A stretch of DNA of 64,000 nucleotides from Octopus vulgaris. Its lineage: Eukaryota. This document shows positions 1-12,825 of the stretch, in pieces (positions within the stretch are counted from its first letter, which is position 1; each line of letters opens with the position of its first letter). The notes under the pieces were generated by a model that did no database searches, had not been told where the DNA came from, and saw only the letters and a list, made by a program, of their open reading frames with translations. The stretch is taken from positions 31,496,001-31,560,000 of the forward strand of contig OX597819.1 in the NCBI GenBank assembly GCA_951406725.2, written 5' to 3'. The position numbers and the translations under genes are program-made.

Positions 1-272
1 ACAATTGTTTAGTCATGACTAGCATGAAACCGTGTAAAAGAGGAAACGGGTGGAAGGATGAAAGAGGTGGACGAATGGGTTGGATGAATGGGGTTGATGA
101 ATGAGGCAAATGAATGCGGTGGATGTATATATGTTATTGTTTAGAGTTGTAAGGAAGCCTTAATTTCTGTAGGGCATCTAACCGTGGCCACCCTTTCTTA
201 AATTAAGATACAGTGCATCTAGAACTATTCATTATGTAATATGTTCATCTTTCTTGTAATATGATAAGATTT

Positions 273-450
273 AAGGCAGCGAGCTAGCAGATTCGTTACC
301 ATGCTGGACAAAAAGGCTAAGTGGTATTTCCTCCGTCTTCATCCTTTAGGGGGTCGATAAAATGAGTACCAGTTGAGCACTGGGGTCAATATTATCGACT
401 TATTGCCTACCCCGAACTTGCTGGCTCTGTGCCAAAAATTGAAATCAACA
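273..450 (+). mobile_element. SINE-B copy (diverged, internal deletion, tail type 3)
   Basis: Head AGGCAGCGAGCTAGCAGA, body CATCCTTTAGGGGGTCGATAAAATGAGTACCAG..CACTGGGGTC; matches the other SINE-B copies in the window (e.g. 63464-63680). Confidence 0.75.
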
Positions 451-619
451 TGTTAAGGTGATAGTTGAGGGAACTTTTGCTGCTATATCTGGATCGTAAG
501 CTTCCCCGTACAAGCTGTCTCGTTGGCTTGTGATGAAGGTTGTTAGTTAGCCCAAGTTCAACACCTTTTGAGCAGATTCAATAATCATCGTCTGCTACCC
601 AACAACTACCCACTTTTAT

Positions 620-1030
620 ACTTTTTTACTCTTTTACTTGTTTCAGTCATTTGTCTGTGGCCATGCTGGAGCACCGCCTTTAGTCGAGCAAATCGACCCC
701 CAGGACTTATTCTTTGTAAGCCTAGTACTTATTCTATCGGTCTCTTTTTCCCGAACCGCTAAGTTACGGGGACGTAAACACACCAGCATCGGTTGTCAAG
801 CAATGTTGGGGGGGGGGGACAAACACAGACATACAAACGTATACATATATATATACACACACACCCATATATATATATATACATGTATACGACGGGCTTC
901 TTTTAGTTTCCGTCTACCAAATCCACTCACAAGGCTTTGGTCGACCCGAGGTTATAGTAGAAGACACTTGCCCAAGGTGCCACGCAGTGGGACTGAACCC
1001 GGAACCATGTGGTTAGTAAGCAAGCTACTT
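620..1030 (-). mobile_element. SINE-A (tRNA-derived SINE with internal microsatellite), head slightly truncated
   Basis: Reverse complement aligns with SINE-A at 5803-6261: B-box-like GGTTCAGTCCC, CCTTGGGCAAG core, 3' hairpin CAG..CTG and GTAAAAGA tail. Confidence 0.9.
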
Positions 1031-1209
1031 ATTATATTTATTTATTTGTTTATTTATTATTCCATGCGCAACATGGAGCTTGAGAACGATTATTTTGGCC
1101 GGAAGATAATCTTTCAATTTGGTTTTGATCTGTACTAAAAGACGTTCTGAGAAGAAGAATCTTGCTTGGATTCTTTCAAATTGTCAAATTTTCTACACAG
1201 TTTGCAAAC

Positions 1210-1625
1210 GCACAGGAGTGGCTGTGTTGTAAGTAGCTTGTTTACCAACCACATGGTTCCGGGTTCAGTCCCACTGTGTGGCACCTTGGGCAAGTGTCTT
1301 CTACTATAGCCTCGGGCCGACCAAAGCCTTGTGAGTGGATTTGGTAGATGGAAACTGAAAGAAGCCCGTCGTATATATGTATATATATATGTGTGTGTGT
1401 GCGTGTATGTTTGTGTTTGTCCCCCTAGCATTGCTTAACAACCGATGCTGGTGTGTTTATGTCCCCGTCACTTAGCGGTTCGGCAAAGGAGACCGATAGA
1501 ATAAGTACTGGGCCTGCAATGAATAAGTCCCGGGGTCGAGTTGCTCGATTAGAGGTGGTGCTCCAGCATGGCCGCAGTCAGATGACTGAAACAAGTAAAA
1601 GAGAGTAAAAGAGAGTAAAGAGAGC
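1210..1625 (+). mobile_element. SINE-A, full length
   Basis: A-box-like TGGCTGTGTTG, B-box-like GGTTCAGTCCC, internal (TA)n(TG)n, tail (GTAAAAGAGA)n. Inverted relative to the copy at 620-1030. Confidence 0.9.
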
Positions 1626-1930
1626 GCGTATATTTATCTATCATTATAAGAAATATTCAAAGAAGGAAGGTGTTGGTTTCTAACAGAGACCAAAATTCTA
1701 TCACTGAAATTTAAATAACAACAACGTTAATATTTATATGTTAGACTTTAGAATGGTCTTACATAATTGTATTGGTGCGCTTACAGATTGTATATGTAAT
1801 GTGTGTGTTAGGTTTTTTCCTTGCTCGAAATCCTAGTTATCCCAGACTATCACAAATAATTATTTGGTATAAATGGGAATTATTAATACACGCGTGCAAA
1901 TATGCATGAACACACACACACACACATACG

Positions 1931-2039
<109 letters not shown>

Positions 2040-2171
2040 AGAGTAAATAATTTGTATAATGGTTTGTAAAAAAACCAACAATTATTTACTGGTAGAATTC
2101 GGTATGTAAATATAGCCGATTAACGGTAGGAACTTCTGTAAAGTTCATTATATATACAATATATACAATAC

Positions 2172-2249
<78 letters not shown>

Positions 2250-2357
2250 CATACATACATATATACATAGACCCACATACGCACACATGCATATATCTAT
2301 CTACATAACTATTCTACTCTACCTCTATAAACTGTGGGTATTGGGGTATGATATCTA

Positions 2358-2580
2358 CTATGTATATTTCCTATTAAGTGTTGGCGAAGTTTCATTTATG
2401 AGGACGTACTCCTGTATTTGTCTGAGTGTTAGATCTTTTGGGTGCTTGGATAAGATGCGGATGTCAGGTTGCCTCCATATTGGTCCTTGGCATGTTGGTA
2501 GAGTATGGAGGACTGTTTTTTTATCGTCATATTGTCTCAAATGTTCATTTAGTCGTTCCGCACGTTCATTTAGTCGTATG
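2358..2580 (-). pseudogene. Penelope-like GIY-YIG endonuclease, C-terminal fragment
   Basis: Translation RLNEHLRQ..IRILSK..LRQIQEYVLINETSPTLN fits the PLE endonuclease pattern R.xEH...IL...R.I.E..I...P.LN; flanked by (TA)n. Confidence 0.65.
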
Positions 2581-2597
2581 TATATATATATATATAT

Positions 2598-2750
2598 AGG
2601 CATGGTTGTGTTGTAAGAAGCTTGCTTCCCAACGACATAGTTTCGGGTTCAGTCCTACTGTGTGGCATCTTGTGTAAGTGTCTTCTACTATAACCTCGGG
2701 CTGACCAAAGCCTGTGTTTCGTAAACGGAAACTGAAAGAAGCCCGTCGTA
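2598..2750 (+). mobile_element. SINE-A 5' half (diverged)
   Basis: Head through GGAAACTGAAAGAAGCCCGTCG, ending in (TA)n. Confidence 0.8.
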
Positions 2751-2773
2751 TATATATATATATATATATATGC

Positions 2774-3137
2774 TCAAATGAAAAATAACAGACGAAGAAT
2801 AATTGTCAGCTCATTACAGCTGTTTCGAAGAATGAGAAGATTACTTCATTACAAAAAAACCGTAATCGTCATTTCACAAATAAATGAATATCCCAAGAAT
2901 ACGGCAGGGACGTGGCTGAAGTCTGTCGAGGCCCAATTTTTTCATAGTGAGCCTCGACAGACTTCAGCCACGTCCCTGCCGTATTCTTGGGAAATTCTTT
3001 TGTTTGCAAAAATTATGTTTCATCTGATGATTACGGCTTTTTGTAATGGAGTAATGTTCTCTTTCTCCTATAAAAAATACGTAAGAAACAGCTGTAACGA
3101 GCTGACAACTATCCATCGTCTGTTATTATTCATTTGA
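2774..3137. repeat. Inverted repeat of a PLE pseudo-LTR-like fragment
   Basis: Perfect 42-bp arms 2891-2932 / 2951-2992, plus diverged outer arms 2774-2826 / 3085-3137. Confidence 0.9.
3017..3102 (+). ncRNA. Type I hammerhead ribozyme motif (PLE-type, palindromic stem III, long stem II)
   Basis: CTGATGA 3024-3030; stem II TTACG/CGTAA; GAAA 3085-3088; palindrome CAGCTG; GTA cleavage triplet; stem I imperfect. Confidence 0.65.
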
Positions 3138-3379
3138 TTATAATACACGAAAGGGATTTACGACTTGTCGCACACTCTAAACCAACAACGTACATTCAGC
3201 GTAACGCGTGCTTTGGACCAGCATCTAAGCGCTAAATACACTTAGGGTTGGTTTTCTCTGTGTGCACAACCGGATTATCCTATTTTCTATTTATCAGCCA
3301 TAGGCTGGAACCACAGGTTTATCCAACCCTACCTGGTGCATATCTTTTCAAATACCCGATTCTATCTAAATCCTTATTT

Positions 3380-3381
<2 letters not shown>

Positions 3382-3467
<86 letters not shown>

Positions 3468-3468
3468 G

Positions 3469-3500
<32 letters not shown>

Positions 3501-3564
3501 TGTATGTATGTATGTATGTATGTATGCATGTATGTATGCATGTATGTATGTATGTATGTATGTA

Positions 3565-3622
<58 letters not shown>

Positions 3623-3630
3623 TGTGTGTT
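3382..3630. repeat. Compound microsatellite (CT)n(TA)n(TATG)n(TG)n
   Basis: Directly visible. Confidence 0.95.
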
Positions 3631-4323
3631 TTTTTATCGGTTTGGATGCCAGCACCAATTCTGTTCCAATTGATTTCCTATTCAGTGTAATGGTACACTT
3701 TTATAGGCTACTGAATGACGTGAAAATCATTTTCGCTTTAAATCATTAAATAAAGAATTACTAGCAATTAAAGTTTGAAAATTTTGGTAATTTTAGCCAA
3801 TCGTAAGTCACACACACATTCACGCCTGTTTCCATAGTAACAAGTGGAACATGAGAACGCCTTTGTCTGCGAGAAAGCACGTGTTGACAAATATATTGAA
3901 ACCACTTGTTTGACAACATGTACTATTTTCAGAATGAGGACAAAATGTGCAGTCACGCACAAAATGACAGCTTCCAAATCCTGTTTCCTGATTGGGTGAA
4001 AATGATCAAATTTTAAACCTCTATAACTTAAAAAAAAAAATTTTTTCTGGAAAAAGTGAAATCAGTTCAGCAATTCAGCTTGAAAAAATATATTATTATG
4101 CCAAATTTTAAAATTTTCGATAAGCTTTAAGTTTTTGAAATGCTGGCAACCAAACCAACTAGATAAAAAACCAAATACAAAAAAAAAAAAAACAAAAGAT
4201 CATGAAGTACCGGGGTCGATTTATTTGACTAAAAATTCTTCAACATCGTGCCTCAGCATGGCCGCAGTCAAATGACTGAAGCAAGCAAAAGATAAAAAAA
4301 AAGATTGAATATAAAAAATAATG

Positions 4324-4520
4324 AACTGGCAGAATCGTTAACACGCCGCAAAAGTGCGTAGCGGTATTTCGCTCGTCCTTACGTTCTGAGTTCAAATTCT
4401 GCCGAGGTCGACTTTGCTTTTCATCCTTTCGAGGTTCAGTGAAACGATGGGGGTCGATGTAATCGACTAGTCTCCTCTCCACAAATTTCAGGCCTTGTGC
4501 CTATAGTAGAAAGGATTAAT
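4324..4520 (+). mobile_element. SINE-B, tail type 1 (preceded by a SINE-A 3' fragment at ~4204-4300)
   Basis: CTGGCAGAATCGTTAACACGCC head, GTTCAAATTC B box, tail CAGGCCTTGTGCCTATAGTAGAAAGG. Confidence 0.85.
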
Positions 4521-4542
4521 TTCTAGGAAGAAAAAAAAAAGA

Positions 4543-4754
4543 GTAGCAGCAGTAGTAGTACTAGTCGTAGTCGCAGCAGCAGCAGTAGTAGTAGTAGTTG
4601 CAACAGTAGTAGTAATGGTAGTAGTAGTAGTTGTAGTAGTAGTAGTAGTCGCAACAGTAGTAGTAGTGGTAGTAGTAGCAGCAGCAGCAGTAGTAGTAGA
4701 AGTAGTAGCTGCAACAGTAGTAGTAATGGTAGTAGTAGTAGTAGTAGTAGTAGT

Positions 4755-4795
<41 letters not shown>

Positions 4796-4925
4796 TAGTA
4801 GTAGTAGTTGTTGTTGTTGTAGTCGCAACAGTAGTAGTAGTGGTAGTAGTAGTAGTAGTAGTAGTAGCAGTAGTAGTAGTAGCAGTAGTAGTAGAAATAG
4901 TAGTAGTAGTAGTAGTCGTCGTTGT
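4543..4925. repeat. (GTA)n/(GCA)n compound trinucleotide repeat
   Basis: Directly visible; source of the poly-T/V/L pseudo-ORFs. Confidence 0.95.
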
Positions 4926-5745
4926 CAACGTGTTGGTAGATACCGGGTTGAGTGTGGAGATGGGGAGGTGGTGGTGGTGGCGGGGAGGAAGTTTTATCTG
5001 TAATAACAACTGCGACTGCGGGGTGGACGTGACGTTACGGGTGGTGGTGGTGGTGGCAGTGAGAGCATATCTTGGTCGTAGTGAGAGGGGAATGAGACGC
5101 GGGGTGTGGAGAATGTGCGTGCGTGCTGGTGGTGATGGTGAGTGTGGATGTTAAGGAGGGTGTACGTGTGAATCGTTTCCCCGTTCGAGTTAAACACTGA
5201 TTCTTTTGTTGTTTGGCGTTGGTCGGCGACCAGTAGGCATGACTGAAGGAAAGTTCCATTGTACCCTATCACGGCTCGACACGTGCCCCGACTCAGCTGC
5301 TGCCTGTACCTCGGGTGGCGTCAGTGAGGCTATATTTTGTTTACAGGCGCACCTGCTAGTTATGGAAGGCCAGAAACGCCGTCGTCAAAAATTTTTTTTT
5401 ATCACGAGCCTAGAAGCAATCGTAGTCAGAGGTTATTTTTCATTTTAGATTTGGTATTTAAAAAAAAATTTATTTTGATAGTGTTTATTTTTGTTTTGTA
5501 TTGTTTCATACTTGAACTGATGATGTCTAAGTGACACACACACATTCACATATACGTACATGTAAATACACACTCATATATATACATGTTCATACGCGCA
5601 TACACATTGCTCACTGAATAGACAGTCAATCAAATACAGGCGAACATAATTATAACGGAAGTTATGTGAAAGTCACACTTGCCTAGAGACAGAACGACAC
5701 CCACATACGTATACACACATATACAAATACACTAACACTACACAC

Positions 5746-5788
<43 letters not shown>

Positions 5789-5802
5789 TTTGTAAACATG
5801 TA

Positions 5803-5964
5803 GGCGCAGGAGTGGCTGTGTGGTAAGTAGCTTGCTAACCAACCACATGGTTCCGGGTTCAGCCCCACTGCGTGGCATCTTGGGCAAGTGTCTTCTGCTA
5901 TAGCCCCGGGCCGACCAATGCCTTGTGAGTGGATTTGGTAGACGGAAACTGAAAGAAGCCTGTC

Positions 5965-6024
<60 letters not shown>

Positions 6025-6261
6025 TATATATATAAGTGTATGTGTATATGTTTGTGTGTCTGTGTTTGTCCCCCTAGCATTGCTTGACAACCAATGCTGG
6101 TGTGTTTACGTCCCCCGTCACGTAGCGGTTCGGCAAAAGCGACCGATAGAATAAGTACTGGGCTTACGAAGAATAAGTCCCGGGGTCGATTTGCTCGACT
6201 AAAGGCGGTGCTCCAGCATGGCCGCAGTCAAATGACTGAAACAAGTAAAAGAGTAAAGAGT
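5803..6261 (+). mobile_element. SINE-A, full length
   Basis: GGCGCAGGAGTGGCTGTGTGG head, B box, expanded internal (TA)n, 3' CAGTCAAATGACTG hairpin and tail. Confidence 0.92.
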
Positions 6262-6383
6262 ATACTCAGCACAAATGCAAACGTAAACACACTAGAAACA
6301 CTAACAAACACTCAATCATAGATATACACATTTTTGCATATGGGCAGAAGTATATTTAAATTTCATGCACACATACATATATA

Positions 6384-6610
6384 TTTCTTTACTACCCACA
6401 AGGGGTTAAACGCAGAGGGGGACAAACAAGGACAGACAAACGGATTAAGTCGATTATATCGACCCCAGTGCGCATAACTGGTACTTAATTTATCGACCCC
6501 GAAAGGATGAAAGGCAAAGTCGACCACGGCGGAATTTGAACCCAGAACGTAACGGCAGACGAAATACGGCTACGCATTTCGCCCGGCGTGCTAACGTTTC
6601 TGCCAGCTCG
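6384..6610 (-). mobile_element. SINE-B, tail type 2
   Basis: Reverse complement: GAGCTGGCAGAAACGTTAGCACGCCGGGCG...CCCCTTGTGGGTAGTAAAGAAATA. Confidence 0.9.
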
Positions 6611-6862
6611 TAGAAGTATAAGTGCATACATCTGCCCATATCTCGTCTACTCAGTGCATGGGAATAAATGTAATTATTCATATCCAAGAATTGTCTTTTA
6701 CCATCACTTCAACTCGCACGGATGCTCGTGAATAGAAATCACACTTGTCTAAAAAATTAAGGCAAGTTTATATCATTCTAGACTAATATGGCCATTTAAG
6801 ATCTCCATGATTAGTGAAAAATGCAGGAACGGCTGAAGATACCGTACACACATACACACACA

Positions 6863-6937
<75 letters not shown>

Positions 6938-6939
<2 letters not shown>

Positions 6940-7100
6940 TGCAGGAGTCGCTGTGTGGTATGTAGCTTGCTTACCAACCTCATGGTTCCGGGTTCAGTCC
7001 CACTGCGTGGCACCTTGGGCAAGTGTCTTCTACTATAGCCTCGGGACGACCAAAGCCTTGTGAGTGGATTTGGTAGACAGAAACTGAAAGAAGCCCGTCG

Positions 7101-7145
<45 letters not shown>

Positions 7146-7344
7146 ATGTTTGTGTGTCTGTGTTTGTCCTCTCAACATCGCTTGACAACCGATGCTGGTG
7201 TGTTTACATCCCCGTAACTTAGTGGTTCGGCAAAAGAGACCGATAGAATAAGTATTAGGCTTACAAAGAATAAGTCCTGGGGTTTGAGTAAAGGCTGCGC
7301 TCCAGCATGGCCGCAGTCAAATGACTGAAACAAGTAACAGAGTG
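6938..7344 (+). mobile_element. SINE-A, full length
   Basis: Aligns end to end with 5803-6261; sits immediately after (TA)n. Confidence 0.9.
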
Positions 7345-7352
7345 TAAACAGT

Positions 7353-7410
<58 letters not shown>

Positions 7411-7599
7411 ATATGGACTCACCCATCGAAAACGACGTATGAGTGTTCAGTTCTTGCCGAACGACGTGCACAAATCTAATGTATGTACTGCACATTAGAC
7501 CACTCCATCCGTCAAATTGACCTTCTCTGAGCACGACTTACCACGCGTCAGGTGTTGAAGTGATCGCAGAGCAACGTGAGATGAAGTGCTTTAAACATA

Positions 7600-10481
7600 G
7601 AATGTTTAAAAAAAAACCTCAATTAAAGAAAAAATTATATGAAAACCACACTTGACATCGATACCTATTTCTTTATTACCCACAAGGGGCTGAACATAGA
7701 GGGGACAAACATGGACAGACATAGGTATTAAGTCGATTATATCGACCCAGTGCTTAACTGGTACTTAATTTATCGACCCCAAAAGGATGAAAGGCAACAT
7801 CGATACCACCATAGAAACCATCAAGCAAAAGGTAATTTTTACAGGAAGCTGCAAAATTTTTTCAAAATTTTTACAGGAAGATGGGGAAAATACCAGTTAC
7901 AGTAAAGTCTGTCCCATCAAAAGCATTACAGGAATTTTGGAATAAAATTTGGGCGCAAAGAAAAAACACAATAAAAAGGCCTTTTGGATTGATAGAATAT
8001 CTACTGACTTAGACTCCTTAGAAGAGCAAACGTGGGTGGTTATCAAAGTAGAGGATGTAAGATCTGCTCTCAGGAAGTCAAGCAAATGGAAGTCTCCAGG
8101 AAAGGATAACATTCCTAACTTCTGGTTGAATGCTTTCTCAGAGAGTCATGAACTGCAAACAAAACTTTACAACAATGCTTTGCAACAACCTAGTATGATT
8201 TCCTCTTGGCTTGTTAATGGTCTTACATTCCTACTTCCAAAATATGAAGAAACAAATGAACTAAAAATTATAGACCCATAATCTGCTTAACAACAATGTA
8301 TAAAGTGCTAACATCTGTCTTGACTAAATATACCTGTAGTTTTTTAATAGAAAGTGGCATATTCCCTAATGAGCAAAAAGGATGTAAACGTTGGTACTAT
8401 GGTTGTAAAGATCAGCTACCCATCAATAAGATGATCTTGGAAGATTGTCACAAACGACATAAAAACCTGTCGACAGCCTGGGTAGACTATAAAAAACGCT
8501 TTTGATAGTCTACCACATAGCTTGATTAAGAAGTATTATGGAAATGTATAAAATAGCACCTACTCTGCGAAACTTCTTGTCTGTAAGTGTGAGATCATAG
8601 AGAACCACACTGACTTTGAACAGTGACAATGAATCTCTCAATGCTGGAGATATAAGAATTTCATGAGGCATTTTCCAGGGTGACTCTCTATCACCACTCC
8701 TCTTTTGTCTGACCTTAATACCTCTCACGAAATTGCTCAATGATGTACAATATGGTTATAAAATGTTTGATAAAAATATAAATCATCTCTTTTACATGGA
8801 TGATTTAAAACACTTAGCAAAAAAATGACCAACAACTACAGGGCTTACTAGCAATTGTTAAGCAATTCGCAGATGACATCAGAATGAAATTTGGCCTCGA
8901 TAAATGTGCAAAAGCTACATTTATCAAAGGAAAAAAGGACAGAAACATCCAACGTTAATCTTGACCAGCAGAATATCATAAAGGAGTGAGAAACAGCGGA
9001 GAGCTACAAATACCTAGGAGTATTTGAAGGTAATGAAATCAAACATTCAATGATGAGGGAAAGGACCAGAAGGGGATGTTATCGCAGGGTAAGGGAAATA
9101 TTCAAGACAGAGCTGAATGCAAGAAACAAGATCGAAACGATCAACACTTTAGTCATACCGGTCGTGATTTACAGTTTCAATATCATTAACTGGTCAGTTA
9201 CTGAAATATGTAATCTTGACAGAAAAATACGAAAATTGTTGACAATGTGTAGAATGCACCACTCTAAGGTAGATATAGAACGAATTTACCTGCCAAGAAA
9301 AAAGAGTGAGCGTGGACTGGAATTAACAACTGGAATTAACTATGAAAAATGCCACAGTTGGCCTACACACATATCTGAAAAACTTGTCTTAAAGCACGAA
9401 AACAAGAAAGCATCATACTCAGTAACAAATCAGGCAAAGGAATATCTATGTGAATTCCAAATACAGCAAATCCCGGAATTAAACGTACTGGAAACAAGCC
9501 CAGAAAAAAATAAGCGTATGAAAACCCGTGCTAAAACTGGTGTCTTCGATATTCTTACTGATAAATGGCAAGAAAAACCTCTCAATGGCAAATACCCCAA
9601 AAGAGCTAATAATGCCGATGTTGACAAAGCCCTTACCCATCAACGATTAAAGTCTTCTGGCTTAAAATCAGAAACAGAAGGGTTTATCATAACAGCTCAA
9701 GATCAATGCCTGCCTACAAGGAGATACCAGGCCAACATATTAAAGAACGGCAGCAGCCTAACATGTGTACGTAAACAACAAGATGGAACTATTGATCATG
9801 TTGTCTCCAAGTGCAGTCTTCTTGCGCCTACAGAGTATCTCAACAGGCATGCTAGAGCAGCACAGTATATTCACTAGGTAATTTATAAAAACTGGTGGGA
9901 ACACAAACCACCTCCAGTGCTTGAAATTGATAACATCTCACTCCTCTGGAACTTCATCGTTCAAACTGACACAAAGAGAGATGCAAATAGGTCAGACATT
10001 ATATTGAAAGACATCAGACAAAAATCATGCCTCCTCATTGATATGACTGTCCCAATTGACAAATGTATTTGTCAAGACCTACCAAAAACTGAACAAGTAT
10101 AAAGATCTTGAAATAGAAATGTGGAACCTCAACACTAAAACAATACCTGTTGTCATAAATGCCCTAGGAATGATAGCAAACGGGTCTGATTCCTACCTAG
10201 CTCAGATACCAGGAAACCCCAAAATGGAGGAAATTCAAAAGATAATGCTCATGGGAACTGCCCATATCCTACGTAAAATACTCTATATGTAATCTCAAAT
10301 TTTAAGACAAACTTATAATTTCCTTGTTTTCTTAAACATTCTCTAGAACAATACTATGTGCAAAACTAAATATAGGACACCCTAGACATAACACAAGCTT
10401 GAACTTCTAACTTGTTGTCTCTTGAGGTCTCTGGGTGTGACTTGGAGTCAACTTGTACTAATACAAAGAAAAAGTCAAACA
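7600..10481 (+). mobile_element. R4/Dong-clade non-LTR retrotransposon (5'-truncated, frameshifted)
   Basis: RT motifs KSPGKDNIPNFWL, EQKGC..GCKDQL, AWVDYKK.FDS, IFQGDSLSPLLFCL, HLFYMDDLK; degenerate CCHC region (TIDHVVSKC..EYLNRH); restriction-like endonuclease NRSDII..LIDMTVP..KYKDLEIE; ends at (TAA)n. Confidence 0.88.
7666..7796 (-). mobile_element. 5'-truncated SINE-B (tail type 2) nested in the R4/Dong element
   Basis: Flanked by the 11-bp direct repeat ACATCGATACC at 7655-7665 and 7797-7807. Confidence 0.85.
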
Positions 10482-10535
10482 AATAATAATAATAATAATA
10501 ATGATAATAATAATAATAATAATAATTATAATAAT

Positions 10536-10594
<59 letters not shown>

Positions 10595-10610
10595 TAATAA
10601 TAATTATAAT
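10482..10610. repeat. (TAA)n tract at the 3' end of the R4/Dong element
   Basis: Directly visible. Confidence 0.95.
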
Positions 10611-10696
10611 TCTTTTATTTGCTACTAGGGCGAAGGATGAGGGGGGCAATATAAAGCCAGACATAAAGTGTAGGGGTTTACACAATAATAATGACA

Positions 10697-11878
<1,182 letters not shown>

Positions 11879-11890
11879 ATTAATAAAGTT

Positions 11891-12805
11891 AAAGCTTTAA
11901 AAGATAGTGGTTTTAGCGAAAAAATAAAATATACACCTATCACCAGCCCAACAGTAAGGAAAAGGAATAATAGAAATAGGAAGGTCATCTGGTTTACGCC
12001 CCCTTACTCACCCGAGGTGGCCTTCAATATAGGTAAATATTTCCTAGCACTGATAGATAGACATTTTCCAGTTAACCATGCTTATAGGAAACTCTTCAAT
12101 AGACACAATTTAAAAATTAGTTTAGTTCAACTACCAATTTTAAAAACATAATCAATCATAACATACAAAAAACACAAGAAGAAAACAGCTGTTCATGCAG
12201 GAATAAAGAATTGTGCCCGCTAAATGGAGCTTGCATGTCCAAGACCATCATATATGAAGCTACTGTAAACTCTATAACCACTAAAGACACCATTTCGACG
12301 AAGAAATACGTGGGCCTGACAGAGGGTAATTTCAAGGCCAGATTCAATAACCACACTTTGAGCTTTAGGCACTGGAACAAAAGAAAAGCGACACAATTAT
12401 CCAATCATATTTGGTCTTTAAGAGATAAAGGTGTCGATTATAACATACAATGGAAGATTTTGGCCAGATGTAAGCCCTACACTAACGGCAGCGGAAGGTG
12501 CGGTTTATGCGACATGGAGAGATGGCTTATCTGGAAAAGCAGCTTAGACCCTACCACATGTCTAAATACAAGGACAGAGCTTTTCGGATCATGCCCACAT
12601 GTGACTAAATTTCTGTTACTATTTTTGGTCCCCTAAAAAAACGGATAGAACATGCTTTCTGTGTTATGTCCCAAGAAGATTTTATATATTTTTTATATAT
12701 TTTTATATATTTTTATATTTTATATATATATATATATAACAGAGTAATATAACGGTATATATATGGTGTTGTGGATATATCTGAAACTAGAGTTTTATCT
12801 TGACT
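11891..12805 (+). mobile_element. Penelope-like element 3' portion; right arm of a fold-back
   Basis: ORF 12211-12636 is an open GIY-YIG domain; upstream RKVIWFTPPYS..NIGKYFL..HFP linker. Confidence 0.9.
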
Positions 12806-12825
12806 ACCGACACATACATACATAT

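Noticed and set aside
638-1138. Recurrent ORF family (RASFSFRLPNPLTRLWS..HLPKVPRSGTEPGTMW)
   Set aside because: Antisense translation of SINE-A; its recurrence reflects SINE copy number, not a gene family.
3242-3247. TTAGGG telomeric motif
   Set aside because: Single occurrence, no array.
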